A stretch of 64,000 bases of DNA from positions 28,458,001-28,522,000 of the forward strand of contig NW_027361827.1 of assembly GCF_039654945.1 (NCBI RefSeq), read 5' to 3'. The stretch comes from Dendrobates tinctorius (taxonomy: Eukaryota). Both the position numbers and the translations under genes were made by a program. Positions 47,047-60,302 of the stretch are shown here, piece after piece. The first letter of the stretch is position 1, and every line of letters begins with the position of its first letter. The notes under the pieces were generated by a model that saw only the letters and a list, made by a program, of their open reading frames with translations, had not been told where the DNA came from and made no database searches.

Positions 47047-47971
47047 TATATATATATATATATATATTCGCTCTATGTATATAGCATAATTTGCAATTTG
47101 ACAAGGGGCAGGGGATAGGATCACATAGCACCTTCATTATCATAGAAAATGACGTGCCCCAGAGGCCGTGGGATACTCTGCGCCGGGCCCGTTAACTTCA
47201 ATGGGAAATGTCACAGTGGCAGTGACCCGGTCCGTGGCCTCAGGCGGTCATGTAAAAGGGGAGTATTGATTAGGGATAAAGTTTATGTAGTGATTCGTGA
47301 CGCCAGTTGGAGTGTTCGACTGTAGTATAGCCGGCACTGCAGATGATCCCTGGGGGAGTAGATGCAGATGTTAAACCCTCTCCAACCAGGGCAGACCCCC
47401 AGAGATTGTGATGAAAGTAGAAGGCAAGGAGTAATAAAGCAGGAGACAAGAAAAGTCACTTTATCATTTACTGTAGCTCAGGTGCAGTTCAGAGGAGATA
47501 TTACAACTCTCACCAGCTTACAGTCTGCTCTGCAGAATGGGAGTTATCTTTCCCTGCTGTGACTCAGTGTAACTTCCTACTATTCTAATCCCTTCTGGGA
47601 CCAAGGCTTCCCAGAGTTTGGAACTTCTAGTATAGCCACTACTCACTGTATTTTCCTCTTCGGGCAACTTGTAGCTTGAATCCTTTGTTAAGTTCCTTCT
47701 TGTACAATCCTCACTGATCCTAGTTTGCTGCTGTATTCCCGGGGAAAACACTCCAATGTAGGTTGTATAAACTCACACAGTCTCTCTGCTTACCACCCTG
47801 CTCTGAAAGCATGGATGGCCTAGGGGCTGATTCCCTGATGCTTCTTTGCTTTGCTCCAAGAGGGACCACATGTCATCATCATAGCTGCCAGGAGCGTTCA
47901 CTTCTTTCTTCTTCACTGAACAACAACTTTCAACTCCTCCCCCTCCCAGTTAGGGTATGTCTGTAAAGCTC

Positions 47972-48558
47972 TAAGGGCCCCGTCACACATAGCGACTCAC
48001 CAGCGATCCCGACAATGATATCAACTTGTCAGGATCGCTGGTGAGTCGCTACGTGATCGCTGGTAGGCGGTAAAACAGGCAGCTTCACCAGCAATCAGCA
48101 TCAGCGACGCCGAGCGCACGGCGTCGCTGTGTACGTTACTTACCATCGCGCTGATGCAGGGAGCTGGTTACTAAGGTACACATCGGGTTTCTAAGCAGCG
48201 TGCGGCACTTAGAAACCCGATGTGTACCTTAGTTACCAGCTCCCTGCATCAGCGCACTGGTAACTAAGGTAAACATTGGGTTTCTTAGTGACGCGGACTG
48301 CTTAGATACCCAATGTTTACCCAAGCTACCTGCGCGCTGATCGCTGATCGGTGGTCTCCCGCCTGTCACACGCAGCGATGCGTGCTGGTCAGCAGGAGAC
48401 CAGCAATCAAAAAAATGTCCTGGCTATTCCAGGACGATCAGCGATAACCGGCAGGGGGGGCCGTCGCTGGTCAGTGTCACACACAGAGATCTCGCTGGTG
48501 AGATCGTTGTTGCGTCACAGAAATTGTCACAGAGATCGCTATGTGTGACGGGGGCTTA
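47972..48558. mobile_element. T2/Kolobok-type MITE (CAGCGAT family)
   Basis: TAAGGGCCCCGTCACACATAGCGA...TCGCTATGTGTGACGGGGGCTTAA, with an internal palindrome. Confidence 0.88.
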
Positions 48559-48929
48559 AGTTTCAGACAAGTAAGGGAGTGAGGTGAATTGTGTGTGTGT
48601 GTTGTAGTCTCTAGCAGAGAAAGCATAACTCCCATGCTCACAAAACCAATACCAAACAGTACATATTTAACCCCTTTGTGGCGATAAAGATGCAGGGCAC
48701 CACAGAAGCACCTATCCAAATGAAGACCAGTGATCATCACTACCTGTAATTTATCCTCTCCCCATATCCATCATGTGACATGGCAAAGATCATGTGCGAC
48801 GCTCATCACCCTGACACACATAGGCGGCACATACCACAACCATGTCAAAGAAGGTGGTCCGATCATGCGATCCGACAATCATCAGAAATACCTCTACCCC
48901 CGGTCGATAGCATCTAGTGACAGGGGTCT

Positions 48930-49400
48930 AGATTCTGCTCAGGCTCTACTTTGGCCAGCCCCGGATCCAACATAAAAAATGTTGGACATCGGTGCAGATG
49001 CTTTCCTCCTCTGGAATCTGTGAATCTTTGGAGCAGACCTCTGATGCCCATGGAATAGAATGTGTAAACAGCTCTGAAGAATGGCTCCTCTGTGGTACCC
49101 CACAGTAAGTTGGGCATTTGCAAATTTGTGACGTGAGAGGAAGCAAGATTGATTGGAGTGCCACCTCTGAAGATTGTACTGTGTGTGAAGTTAAGGTGGA
49201 GCAAGAGGAGGAGAGGTCACTTGATGCAGTGCTTGCCATCCACTGGAGCACATGCTCTTTCTGGCCCTCATCTACAGTTGTACCACTTTGTGGTTGACAA
49301 AGAAAGGGAGTGGAGTAGCCCATCCAGTAACAGATGTTGTCAATATTCTTTGGATAGGACAAGACGGTGTTTCTTCAGTCAAGCTTTTATTAACATTAAC
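48930..49400 (-). pseudogene. Remnant of the N-terminal region of a distantly related hAT transposase
   Basis: ORF 48946-49362 reads QKEHVLQWMASTASSDLSSS...SSELFTHSIP...ICTDVQ. Copy A reads LQEQVLAYIAETASSSVASSS...SMELFSHTMP...ECTDAQ. Confidence 0.65.
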
Positions 49401-49433
49401 ACCTAACCCACGTACACTTCGAACACCCAGCTT

Positions 49434-49792
49434 AGGCTGTGTGCACACACAGAGTTTTTTAGCATTTTTTTAGCGGATTTGCCAATAAATCCGCTATAAA
49501 GACGCTAAAAATAAGCTTCCCATTCATTTCTATGCATTTTGCACTTTTTGTGCATATTGATGCGTTTTTTACCGCGAAAAAACAGCTTTGCGGTAAAAAA
49601 CGCAGCATGCTCTTTAATTTCGCTGATTTTTACACATTTCTGGCCATTTCTATGGGTCTGGAACAGCGTGGAAAAAAATGCATAAAAAATGTGCGTTTTT
49701 TGCGCAGAAAACATGCAGAAAAAGCCGTGCGGTTTCTGGGAAAGGGAGTCCGGTTTCTAAGCAGAAATTTTCTGCTACTGTGCACATAGCCC
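49434..49792. mobile_element. T2/Kolobok-type MITE
   Basis: TTAGGCTGTGTGCACAC...TGTGCACATAGCCCAA. Confidence 0.75.
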
Positions 49793-50242
49793 AATTCCCC
49801 CTTTCACCATATCCTCGCTTTTTCCTATTCATGTTGTATGTACCCTTCCCCTCTTGTAATCTGCTTTTTCACAATCTTAGGACACACCTGTAGGTCACCC
49901 GTCACTAAATGAACAATCACTATTCATTTTCTTTGTTAATGTGTCTGAACAACACTCTTATACCTAACAATTTTTAAGAGGAAATGTGTCCTCCTGATTC
50001 CTCACTGCAACCCACACAGTTTTATCCCAAATGATTTGGATTAGCAATTACAGCCTCCTGGCTGAACTCCTATATTAGGCATAATGATTTTTAAGAGGAA
50101 AGGGGGCCTCCTGATTCCTCATTGCAATGCAGTTTTTGCCCAAATGAGTATGATTAGCAAATATGGCCTCCTGAGACTGCAATACAGTTTTAGTACAATC
50201 TAATCACAAAAAATCGCCCACTAATCACCCATTCCCCAATTA

Positions 50243-53200
50243 AGGGTAATATACCACTAATAATAATAGGCACTTTATGGTAACCCAGTAATAAAAAACC
50301 GGTACCACATAATGGTATAAATTATTAAAAATTCACATCTTTATTGACATAAAACGCAATACACATGAGTATAAAAAGAAAGGTGTCAGACAATGTACCA
50401 AGGGACTAAAAAAGGTCCCTGGGAAAATCCCATCAGAACAATCCATCAAAGACATAAAAGCACACCCATGTATGAGGTATATAGGGAACAAGGATATAGT
50501 ACCCAATGATAGGAGTGATAAAAAAAAATATATTATTGTCAACTACCGACATATACAAAATCACTCATTTAAAAGTGTCCCTTCTAACATTGTAACTCCT
50601 AAGCGGCACTAACCGCACTATTGATGAGCAACCAACATGGTATAATACCTGAATTATGAGCTGGTGAGAATCCCCGGATGTCCCTGTAGCCCCGACGCAC
50701 GTTTCGCACTGCTTCTTCCGGAGGCGTGTCAAGGCAGGGGGTATGACTAGCTTAAATACTTCACCTAACATCACCATTGGACCATAGACATGTGTCATCT
50801 GCATAACGCTGATGAAATGTTGGGCATGCGCCTGCGCAATACCAAATGGAAGGTCCTATTAATCGCAGTGTACAGGAGGCATAGAACGGCACATGACTGG
50901 TCACAAGGGACACGCCAGCCAATCAGGGGTATATTAAGCGGTCACGTGACTCGGAAACCGCAGGTCCTGTGAGGGACGTGCGGACACCGCAAAACACAAT
51001 AGATCATGGCATAAACCCCAGGCAGTCCTGTGTATTTGCATGCGTTCAGCCTCACAAAATTATTAATGGCACGAACAAGTTAAATCTAAAGGGAATTACC
51101 TAAATATTGGAAAAGGCTATTAAATAAAATAAAATTAATAATGAACCATGTGTAAAGTGCTGTGCACACATAAGCGTCCGTTTGTGTATTATATATAAAA
51201 ATAAGGATAAAGTGCTTAGTGCCTAATATAATCATATAAATATTACAGACATGCAACAATGGTATAATTATTGTAATAATATAAATTTCCGCCTAATCAC
51301 GGTACTCATGACAACATATAAATACCAATATATAAATGTGAAAGTGCATTGTGCAACTGCAAAAATTTGCATAATGTGAATTCAATGTGACTTCCGCCTA
51401 ATCACGGTACTCATATGTGTCATATTCACACAAAAAAGCAATATGCTAATGAAGGCCTTTGTGAGATCATTTGTGATGTAGTGGAATATTTTTTGAAACC
51501 AGTGGTGGCATAACTCCCATCATTTATAAAGGATACTACCGCAGCATTAGGCCATAAGGAGAATTTACATTTAACAGAGGAAATGATTTTAGTCACCGCC
51601 GATGTTGAGGCATTGTATTCTTCTATTGCACATACGAATGGCCTAAAAGCTGTTGAAAAATATTTACGACAGAGTAATTTAAGCAATGAGATGGCATCTT
51701 TTATCTTAACATTATTGAGATTCATTTTGACTCACAATGCCTTTATCTTTAATGGAAGAGTATTTTTGCAACAGAGGGGTACTGCAAAGGGGGCTTTCTG
51801 TGCCCACTCTTATGCAAATTTATTCATGGGGTCATGGGAGTGGTCAATTTTTCAGGAGGAGGACATCATCAATGTTGACCGGGTCCACAACTGGATCCGT
51901 TATATTGATGACATTTTGTTCATTTGGGAGGGTCCAGTTTTGGCCCTGGAGATGATCATGAATCATCTTAATGTCAACAATCAGAATATTAAATTGACTT
52001 ATAAATTCGGACGCCAAATCGATTTTTTGGATTTGTCAATTGTAGTGCTTCCAAATGGTCGTCTTTCTACATCTATTTACCGAAAACCGACTTCCACTAA
52101 TTCATTTCTGCATGCTTCATCATCTCACCCAAAATCAACGATATCCGGTATTCCGATCGGACAATTTTTACATGCCAAAAGGATTTGTTCAGAAGAATCA
52201 CAATTTGAGGAACAATCAAATATTCTAAAAAAAATGTTTTAAGGATAGAGGCTATGGTCGTCGTGTCATCCAAAGGGGTTATAGGCGAGCTAAAAATACG
52301 CCAAGGGATCAACTTCTACACAAAAATTTACCTATCCCGTCCTTGGAAGATGGTGAAAAACAGGTAAGGTTTATCACGAATTATAATAGTAGATGGTTGG
52401 ATCTCAAAAAGATTTTTGAGAAACTTTGGGGAATTCTCCTCACTGACCCAATTCCTAAACATTGTTTACTGTCCTCTCCTCAGTTTGTAGCCAGAAGGGC
52501 TCCAAACTTACGAGATATGTTGGTCCACAGTTCCGGAAAGGAAGGGCTTTTTTCCCTGCGGCTTTTGCAAAGGTTGTGCCAATATGAGGAGGGCATTTTA
52601 CTTCCATAATTTTGATCAGTCAAGAAGGTTTGACATTAGAACACGCATTACGTGCTTATCCAAACGTGTAGTATACTATGCGGAATGCCCCTGTGGAAAA
52701 ATTTACATAGGCATGACAAGCCGTGAACTCAGGGTGACGGTACGGGAACATTGTCTGGACATTGACAAAGCTAAGGCCATAATGGACATTACAACCTTAA
52801 AAATCCTTCCTAGACATTTTAGGAAATATCATGAATGTAATTCCAGGCTTCTTTCTGTCAAGGGAATAGATATTGTTGATTTGGGACCAGGAGGGGGGGA
52901 TTTATCCAAAATATTGGCCAAAAAGGAGTGCCAATGGATTTACAGATTGGGGACTCTTAATCCCCAAGGGTTAAATGAGAGCTCAGGATTTAGCGCATAT
53001 CTTTAATAGCCTTAGAAGTGTGGGTGGGGGGTTTCATTTAATTTTATTTTACATCACTCATTTTTTTTATTTTAATTGTTTTTATTGTTCATTACAGTTA
53101 TATCTGCCACGATGGTTGTATGTTGGTTGTTTATTATACGTTGCCTTTTGGAGGGTAATATACCACTGATAATAATAGTCACTTTATGGTAACCCAGTAA

Positions 53201-53250
53201 TAAAAAAACGGTACCACACAATGGTATAAATTATTAAAAATTCACATCTT
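50243..53250 (+). mobile_element. Penelope-like element (Neptune-type): RT plus GIY-YIG endonuclease, frameshifted, with an oppositely oriented pLTR-like segment upstream
   Basis: RT motifs LVTADVEALYSSI, QQRGTAKG, WIRYIDDIL and YRKPT (51583-52242). Cys motif FPCGFCKGC near 52551. GIY-YIG motif VVYYAECPCGKIYIGMTSRELR...REH...GLN (52584-53006). ~100-bp direct repeat at 50243-50341 and 53152-53250. Degenerate hammerhead on the minus strand at 50690-50724. Confidence 0.9.
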
Positions 53251-54778
53251 CAGGGGCCTGAGAATCAATATTTTTCCAACTTTTGATTTGGGTGATGGAA
53301 ATTTAACCCCTTCCTGACATCCGACGTACTATCCAGTCCACGGTACCCGGGCCCGTATGACCGTGGACGGGATAGTACGTCTACCGCGATCAGCGGCGCC
53401 CACGTCGTGAGCGCCGCTGATCGCGGCCGGGTGTCAGCTGATTATCACAGCTGACACCCGGCACTATGTGTCAGGGGCGGTCACGGACCGCCCCCGACAC
53501 CTTAACCCCTTGCACACCGCGATCAAACATGATCGCGGTGTACCGGGAGTTAAAGGGAAGCATCAGGAGGGAGGGGGCTCCCTCCGTGCTTCCCTGAGCC
53601 CCCCACGGCAGCGCAATGTGCAGCGCTGCTGCGGGGGGCTCCTATCCTCCAGGCCCCCGAATCCAAGATGGCGACGGGGGCCTTCGGGGACCTGAGGAAG
53701 CTGGCTTCCTCAGTGCCTGCAAAGCGCAGGCAAGAGGAAGTCTTCTTCAATGCCTGTGACAGATTGCTGATCTGTCACAGTGATCTGTGATGTGACAGAT
53801 CAGCGATCTGTCACAGGACAGTGATGTCCCACCTGGGACTATGTAATAAAGTAAAAAAAAAATAAAAAAAAAATGTAAAAATAAATTTAAAAAAATCGCC
53901 AAATAAATTAGAAAAAAAAAAAATATTCCCTCAATAAATCCATTTTTTGGAAATAATAAAAAAAAAAACAATAAAAGTACACATATTAGGTATCGCCGCG
54001 TCCGTAATGACCCGCCCTATAAAACTGTCCCATTAGTTAACCCTTTTAGTGAACCCCTTAAAAAATAAAAATAAAAAACAAAGCAAAAAATAATGATTTA
54101 TTATCATACCGCCAAACAAAAAGTGTAATAACGTGCGATCAAAAAGACGCATATAAATATCCATGGTACCGCTGAAAACGTCATCTTGTCCCGCAAAAAA
54201 CGAGCTGCCACACAGCATCATCAGTGAAAAAATAAAAAAGTTATAGCTCACAGAATAAAGCGATGCAAAAATAATTATTTTTTATATAAAATAGTTTTCA
54301 TTGCATAAAACCGACAAAAACATAAAAAAAGACCTAAATGAGGTATCGCTGTAACCGTACTGACCCGAAGAATAAAACCGCTTTATCAATTTTACCGCAC
54401 GCGGAACGGTGTAAACGCACCCCCCAAAAAAAATTCATGAAACGCTGGTTTTTGTTCATTCTGCGTCCCAAAAATCGGAATAAAAAGCGATCAAAAAATG
54501 TCACGTGCCCGAAAATGGTACCAATAAAAACGTCAACTCGTCCCGCAAAAAATAAGACCTCACATGACTCAGTGGGTCAAAATACGGAAAAATTATAGCT
54601 CTCAATATGTGGTGATGCAAAAACTATTTTACAATAAAAAGCGTCTTTTAGCGTGTGGCAGCCGCCAAACATAAAAACCGCCATAAATAGTAAGTCAAAC
54701 CCCCCATTATCACCCCTTAGTTAGGGAAAAATAATAAAACTAAAAAAAAGTATTTATCTCCATTTTCTCGTTAGGGTA

Positions 54779-55159
54779 AGGCTGTGTGCACACGCTGCGG
54801 ATTAGGTGCGGATTCATCCGCGCGGATTTTGTAAAATCCGCAGGTAAAACCGCAGGTCAAAAGACCTGCGGTTTTACCTGCGGATTGCTCTGCGGTTTTG
54901 TCCTGAGGTTTTTCATCTCCTCAATAGAGGAGATGGCAAACCGGAGGGGAATCCGCAGAAAGAATTGACATGTCAATTCTTTCTGCGGATTGAAAACCGC
55001 AGATAATCCGCGCGGAAAATTCCGCACTGTCTGCACTGCGGTTTTTGATTCCCATAGGGAATCATGGTACTATACACCACAGCAAAAACTGCTGCTGGTC
55101 CGCAGCGGCCAAAACTGCTGCGGAACCGCAGCAAAATCCGCAGAGTGTGCACACAGCCT
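54779..55159. mobile_element. T2/Kolobok-type MITE inserted into a TTAGGG tract
   Basis: TAAGGCTGTGTGCACACGCTGCGG...CCGCAGAGTGTGCACACAGCCTTA. Confidence 0.85.
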
Positions 55160-55271
55160 TAGGGTTAGGGTTAGGGTTAGGGCTAGGGCTAGGGTTAGGG
55201 CTAGGGTTAGGGCTAGGGTTAGGGCTAGGGTTAGGGCTCAGATTAGGGTTAGGGGTGTGTTGGGGTTAGGG
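55159..55271 (+). repeat. Interstitial telomere-like (TTAGGG/CTAGGG)n tract
   Basis: About 16 hexamers of TTAGGG/CTAGGG. A shorter tract lies at ~60251-60302. Confidence 0.9.
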
Positions 55272-55284
55272 TTGGAGTTATAAT

Positions 55285-57815
55285 TGGGGGTTTCCACTGT
55301 TTGGGCACATCAGGGGCTCTCCAAATGCAACATGGCGTCTGATCTCAATTCCAGCCAATTCTGAGTTGAAAAAGTCAAATGGTGCTCCTTCCCTTCCAAG
55401 CTCTGCCATGCGCCCAAACAGTGTTTTACCCCCACATGTAGGGTATCAGCCTACTCAGGACAAATTGCAAAACAATTTTTGGGGTCCAATTTCTCCTGTT
55501 ACCCTTAGGAAAATAAAAAATTGGGGGCAAAAATATCATTTTTGTGGAAAAAAATGATTTTTTTATTTTCACGTCCGAGTGTTATAAACTTCTGTGAAAC
55601 ACTTGGGGGTTCAAAGTGCTCACCACACATCTAGATAAGTTCCGTGGGGGGTCTAGTGTCCAAAATGGGGTCACTTGTGGGGAGTTTCAATAGTTTAGGT
55701 ACATCAGGGGCTCTCCAAACGCACATGACACCCGTAGACCATTCCATGAAAGTCTGCTTTCCAAAACGTCACTGCTTCCCTTCCGAGCCCCGACGTGTGT
55801 CCATACAGTAGTTTTCTCCCACATATGGGGTGTCAGCGTACTCAGGCCAAATTGGACAACAAGTTTTGGGGGTCCAATTTCTCCTGTTACCCTTGGGAAA
55901 ATGAAAAAATTGGGGACTAATTGATCATGTTTCTGGGAAAAATACGATTTTTTTATTTTCATGCCCTGGCATTATAAACTTCAGTGAAGCCCTTGGGGGT
56001 TCAAAGTGCTCACCTCACATCTAGATAAGTTCCTTAGTGGGTCTAGTTTTCAAAATGGGGTCATTTGTGGGGGGTTTCCACTGTTTAGGTACATTAGGGG
56101 CTCTCCAAAGGCAACATGACACCCGCAGACCATTCCATCAAAGTCTGCATTCCAAAACGTCACTACTTCCCTTCCGAGCCCCGACGTGTGCCCATACAGT
56201 AGTTTTCTCCCACATATGGGGTATCAGCATACTCAGGACAAATTGGACAACAACTTTTAAGGTCCAATTTCTCCTGGTACCCTTGGGAAAATAAAAAAAT
56301 GGTGACTAAAAGATCATGTTTGTGGAAAAAATACGAATTTTTTATTTTCACACCCGGGCGTTATAAACTTCTGTGAAGCACTGGGGGGTTCAAAGTGCTC
56401 ACCACACATCTAGATAAGTTCCTTGGGGGTCTAGTTTCCAAAATGGTGTCATTTGTGGGGGGTTTCCACTGTTTTGGTACATCAGGGGTTTTCCAAACGC
56501 GACATGGTGTCCGATCTCAATTCCAGCCAAAAACGTCAAATGGCGCTGCTTCCCTTCCGAGCTCTGCCATGCGCCCAAATAGTGGTTTACCCCCACATGT
56601 GGGGTATCAGCGTACTCAGGACAAATTGCACAATAACTTTTAGGGTCCTGTTACCCTTGGAAAAATAAGAATTGAGGGTGAAAAGATCATTTTTGTGGAA
56701 AAAATATGATTTTTTAATTGTATGGCTTTATGTTATAAACTTCTGTGAAGCCCATGGGGGTTCAAAGTTCTCACCACACATCTAGATAAGTTCCTTAGGG
56801 GGTCTAGTTTCCAAAATGGTGTCATTTGTGGGGGGTTTCCACTGTTTCGGTACATCAGGGGTTTTCCAAACGCGACATGGTGTCCGATCTCAATTCCAGC
56901 CCAAAACGTCAAATGGTGCTGCTTCCCTTCCGAGCTCTGCCATGCGCCCAAATAGTGGTTTACCCCCACATGTGGGGTATCAGCGTACTCAGGACAAATT
57001 GCACAATAACTTTTAGGGTCCTGTTACCCTTGGAAAAATAAGAATTGAGGGTGAAAAGATCATTTTTGTGGAAAAAATATGATTTTTTAATTGTATGGCT
57101 TTATGTTATAAACTTCTGTGAAGCCCATGGGGGTTCAAAGTTCTCACCACACATCTAGATAAGTTCCTTAGGGGGTCTAGTTTCCAAAATGGTGTCATTT
57201 GTGGGGGGTTTCCACTGTTTTGGTACATCAGGGGTTTTCCAAACGCGACATGGTGTCTGATCTCAATTCCAGCCAAAAACGTCAAATGGCGCTGCTTCCC
57301 TTCCGAGCTCTGCCATGCGCCCAAATATTGGTTTACCCCCACAAGTGGGGTATCAGCGTACTCAGGACAAATTGCACAATAACTTTTAGGGTCCTGTTAC
57401 CCTTGGGAAAATAAAATTTGGGGTGAAAAGATCATTTTTGTGGAAAAAATATGATTTTTTAATTGTACCGCTGTACGTTATAAACTTTTGTAAAGCCCTT
57501 GTGGGTTCAAAGTTCTCACCACATATCTAGATAAGTTCCTTGGGGGGTCTAGTTTCCAAAATGGGGTCACTTGTAGGGGGTTTCCACTGTTTAGGTACAT
57601 CAGGGACTCTCCAAACGTGACATGGCGTCCAATCTGAATTCCAGCCAATTTTGCATTGAAAAAGTCAAACGGCGCTCCTTCCATTCTGAGCTCTGCCATG
57701 CGCCGAAACAGTCGTTCCCCCCATATGTCAGGTATCTGCGTACTCAGGACAAATTGCACAATAACTTTTGCAGTCCAATTTCTCCTGTTACCCTTGGTAA
57801 AATAAAAAAAATTGA
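55285..57815. repeat. ~372-391-bp tandem array (~6.5 units) within the piggyBac-like element
   Basis: TTCAAAGT(G/T)CTCACC..ATCTAGATAAGTTCC recurs near 55610, 56000, 56389, 56761, 57134 and 57506. Confidence 0.9.
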
Positions 57816-58626
57816 ACCTGAATTATTTTTTTATGAAAAAAAGTTAGATGTTCATTTTTTTTTAAATATTCAAAAAAATTCCTGTGACGCACCTAAAGGG
57901 TTAATAAACTTCTTGAATGTGGTTTTGAGCACCTTAAGGGGTGCAGTTTTTAGAATGGTGTCACTTTTGGATATTTTCTATCATATAGACCCCTCAAAGT
58001 GGCTTCAAATGTGATGTGGTCCTAAAAATAAAATGGTGTTGTAAAAATGAGAAATCGCTGGTCAACTTTTAACCCTTATAACTTCCTAACAAAAAAAAAT
58101 TTTGGTTCCAAAATTGTGCTGATGTAAAGTAAACATGTGGGAAATGTTACTTATCAAGTTTTTTGTGTGCCGTATCTCTGTGATTTAAGGGCATAAAAAT
58201 TCAAAGTTGGAAAATTGCGAAATTTTCAAAATTTTTGCCAAATTTCCATTTTTTTCACAAATAAACGCAAGTTATTTGAATGAAATTTTACCATTAACAT
58301 GAAGTACAATATGTCACGAGAAAACAATGTCAGAATCACCGGGATCCATGGAAGCGTTCCAGAGTTATGACCTCATAAAGGTACAGTGGTCAGAATTGTA
58401 AAAATGTCCACGCATCGCTCATCGGCGCCAGCAGGAAGCCCAGCAGGAAGCGCCCGATGAGAAATGGATGTGGACGATCTCGCGAGATCACCGATAGCAA
58501 GCGGGGGAGCCGGTCGGAGATAAGTATCACACATAGCGATATCGCTAGTGATATCACTGCTGCGTCACAAAATCGGTGACGCTTTAGCTTTAGCGATATC
58601 GCTATGTGTAAAACCCCTTTAAGGGT

Positions 58627-59532
58627 TTGACTTTCTCACCTTCACTTGATTTAGACCCATTCATGGTCATAAAAGACCTTAACCTGTTTTCAAAGAAATT
58701 AGTTCTGAAAAGGATGCATTGCAGAGGGGAAACTGAGGATGTCATTTCCTGTAGAGAGGAACAACAGTCCCTGAAAATTTTGGAATCACTAATGGAGGAA
58801 AATTCTCCTACAGTAAGTATTGAATTTCCCACTAAAATGTTTAACAAGTCAAAGAAATTTCCTCCTTTGACCACAGTACCAGTAGTTGACACTTTTACTA
58901 AAATTGTGTCATCTGAAATTGAGGATTTGAGATAATCAAAAAAAAATATGGCATTTAACAATCTAACTAGGACTGAGAGGGAGGCTTTGCCACAATTAAG
59001 GGAATGGGATGATGTTGTCTTCAAAATTGCCGATAAAGGGAGAAGCATTGTTTTTTGGTCAAATACAATGTATGAGGCTCAGGCATATAAAATTATTGAT
59101 AACTCTGTTGAATATAAGCCACTTCCCTATAACCCCATGACCAAATTCCAAATGGAATTGGTGGATATTCTGAGGAGGGCATATGAGGACAACATCATCC
59201 CTAAAAAACTTATGGAGGTCAATGAGAAACTCAGTCCTAGATTGGCCACTTTTTACCTTATTCCTAAGGTGCATGAAGACCCCTTATATCCCCCTGGCAG
59301 ACCTATAATCACTGCTAATGAAGGCCTTTGTGAGATCATTTGTGATGTAGTGGAGTATTTTTTGAAACCACTGGTGGCACAACTCCCATCGCTTATAAAG
59401 GATACTACCGCAGCGTTAGGTCATTTGGAGAATTTACATTTAACAGAGGAAATAATTTTAGTCACCGCCAATGTTGAGGCATTGTATTCTTCTATTGCAC
59501 ATACGGATGGCCTAAAAGCTGTTGAAAAATAA
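58627..59532 (+). pseudogene. Penelope-like element ORF fragment (N-terminal region to start of RT)
   Basis: Motifs NNLTRTEREAL, VFKIADKG, FYLIPKVH, PPGRPII and LIKDT. Positions ~59313-59531 are nearly identical to ~51445-51662. Confidence 0.88.
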
Positions 59533-59552
59533 ATTATGACAATGTAAATTAA

Positions 59553-60302
59553 CCCCTTCACGACCAATGACGCCACATAGGCGTCATGAAAACTGGTGCC
59601 ATTATGACCATTGACGCATATGTGGCGTCATGACTTTAAAGCCCCCCTGCGGGTCGGGTGACCTAGGTCACTGAAAGGTCACCCGACCCGCAGATACAGG
59701 GGGCTTTTTACTTCACTATGGGGGGCGTGGCTTCGCCCCCCACATGGCTACGATCGCTCTGATTGGCTGTTAATAGTGAAACAGCCAATCAGAGCGATAG
59801 TAATATTTCATCAATGAAAATTGATGAAGTATTACAATCCAGCCATGTTCGACGCTGCTGCAGCATCGGATATGGCTGGTGACACCGATCCGACCCCCCC
59901 ACCAGTTAATGGGGGCCATCTGCCCCCGCCGCTGTCATCATCTGCCCCCCCGCCTTCCCTCTGCTCCCCCGCCTTCCGATCGTCCCCCTCCCACCCCGGT
60001 ACTCACCAAGTGCCGCTATGGCTCCCAGTGTCCTGTGGTCCCGGACCATGGGCGCCGCCATATTGGAAAATGGCGTGCGCATGCGCAGTGCGCCCGTTGG
60101 CTGCAATTTCCATTCATTTATTTTGATCACTGTGATAAACTCTCACAGTGATCAAAATAGAATGAAAAGTAAATAACCCCCCCCCTTTATTACCCCCATA
60201 GGCAGGAAAAAGCAATAAAATAAAGAAATTATTTTTATTTTTTTTTTCCATTAGGGTTAGGGTTAGGATTGGAAAGAGAGTTAGGATTGGAAAGAGGGTT
60301 AG
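59553..60302. mobile_element. Left end of a second piggyBac-like non-autonomous element
   Basis: Starts TTAA|CCCCTTCACGACC, followed by a series of subterminal palindromes, and ends in a TTAGGG-like tract as in the element at 53307. Confidence 0.65.

Larger units (their letters stand above)
53307..58410. mobile_element. Large non-autonomous piggyBac-like element, right end missing
   Basis: Starts TTAA|CCCCTTCCTGAC followed by a subterminal palindrome (GACGTACTATCC...GGATAGTACGTC). No transposase. Contains internal tandem arrays. Confidence 0.7.

Noticed and set aside
55159-55271. True telomere or chromosome-fusion scar
   Set aside because: The tract is short, degenerate, in a single orientation, and inside a transposon.
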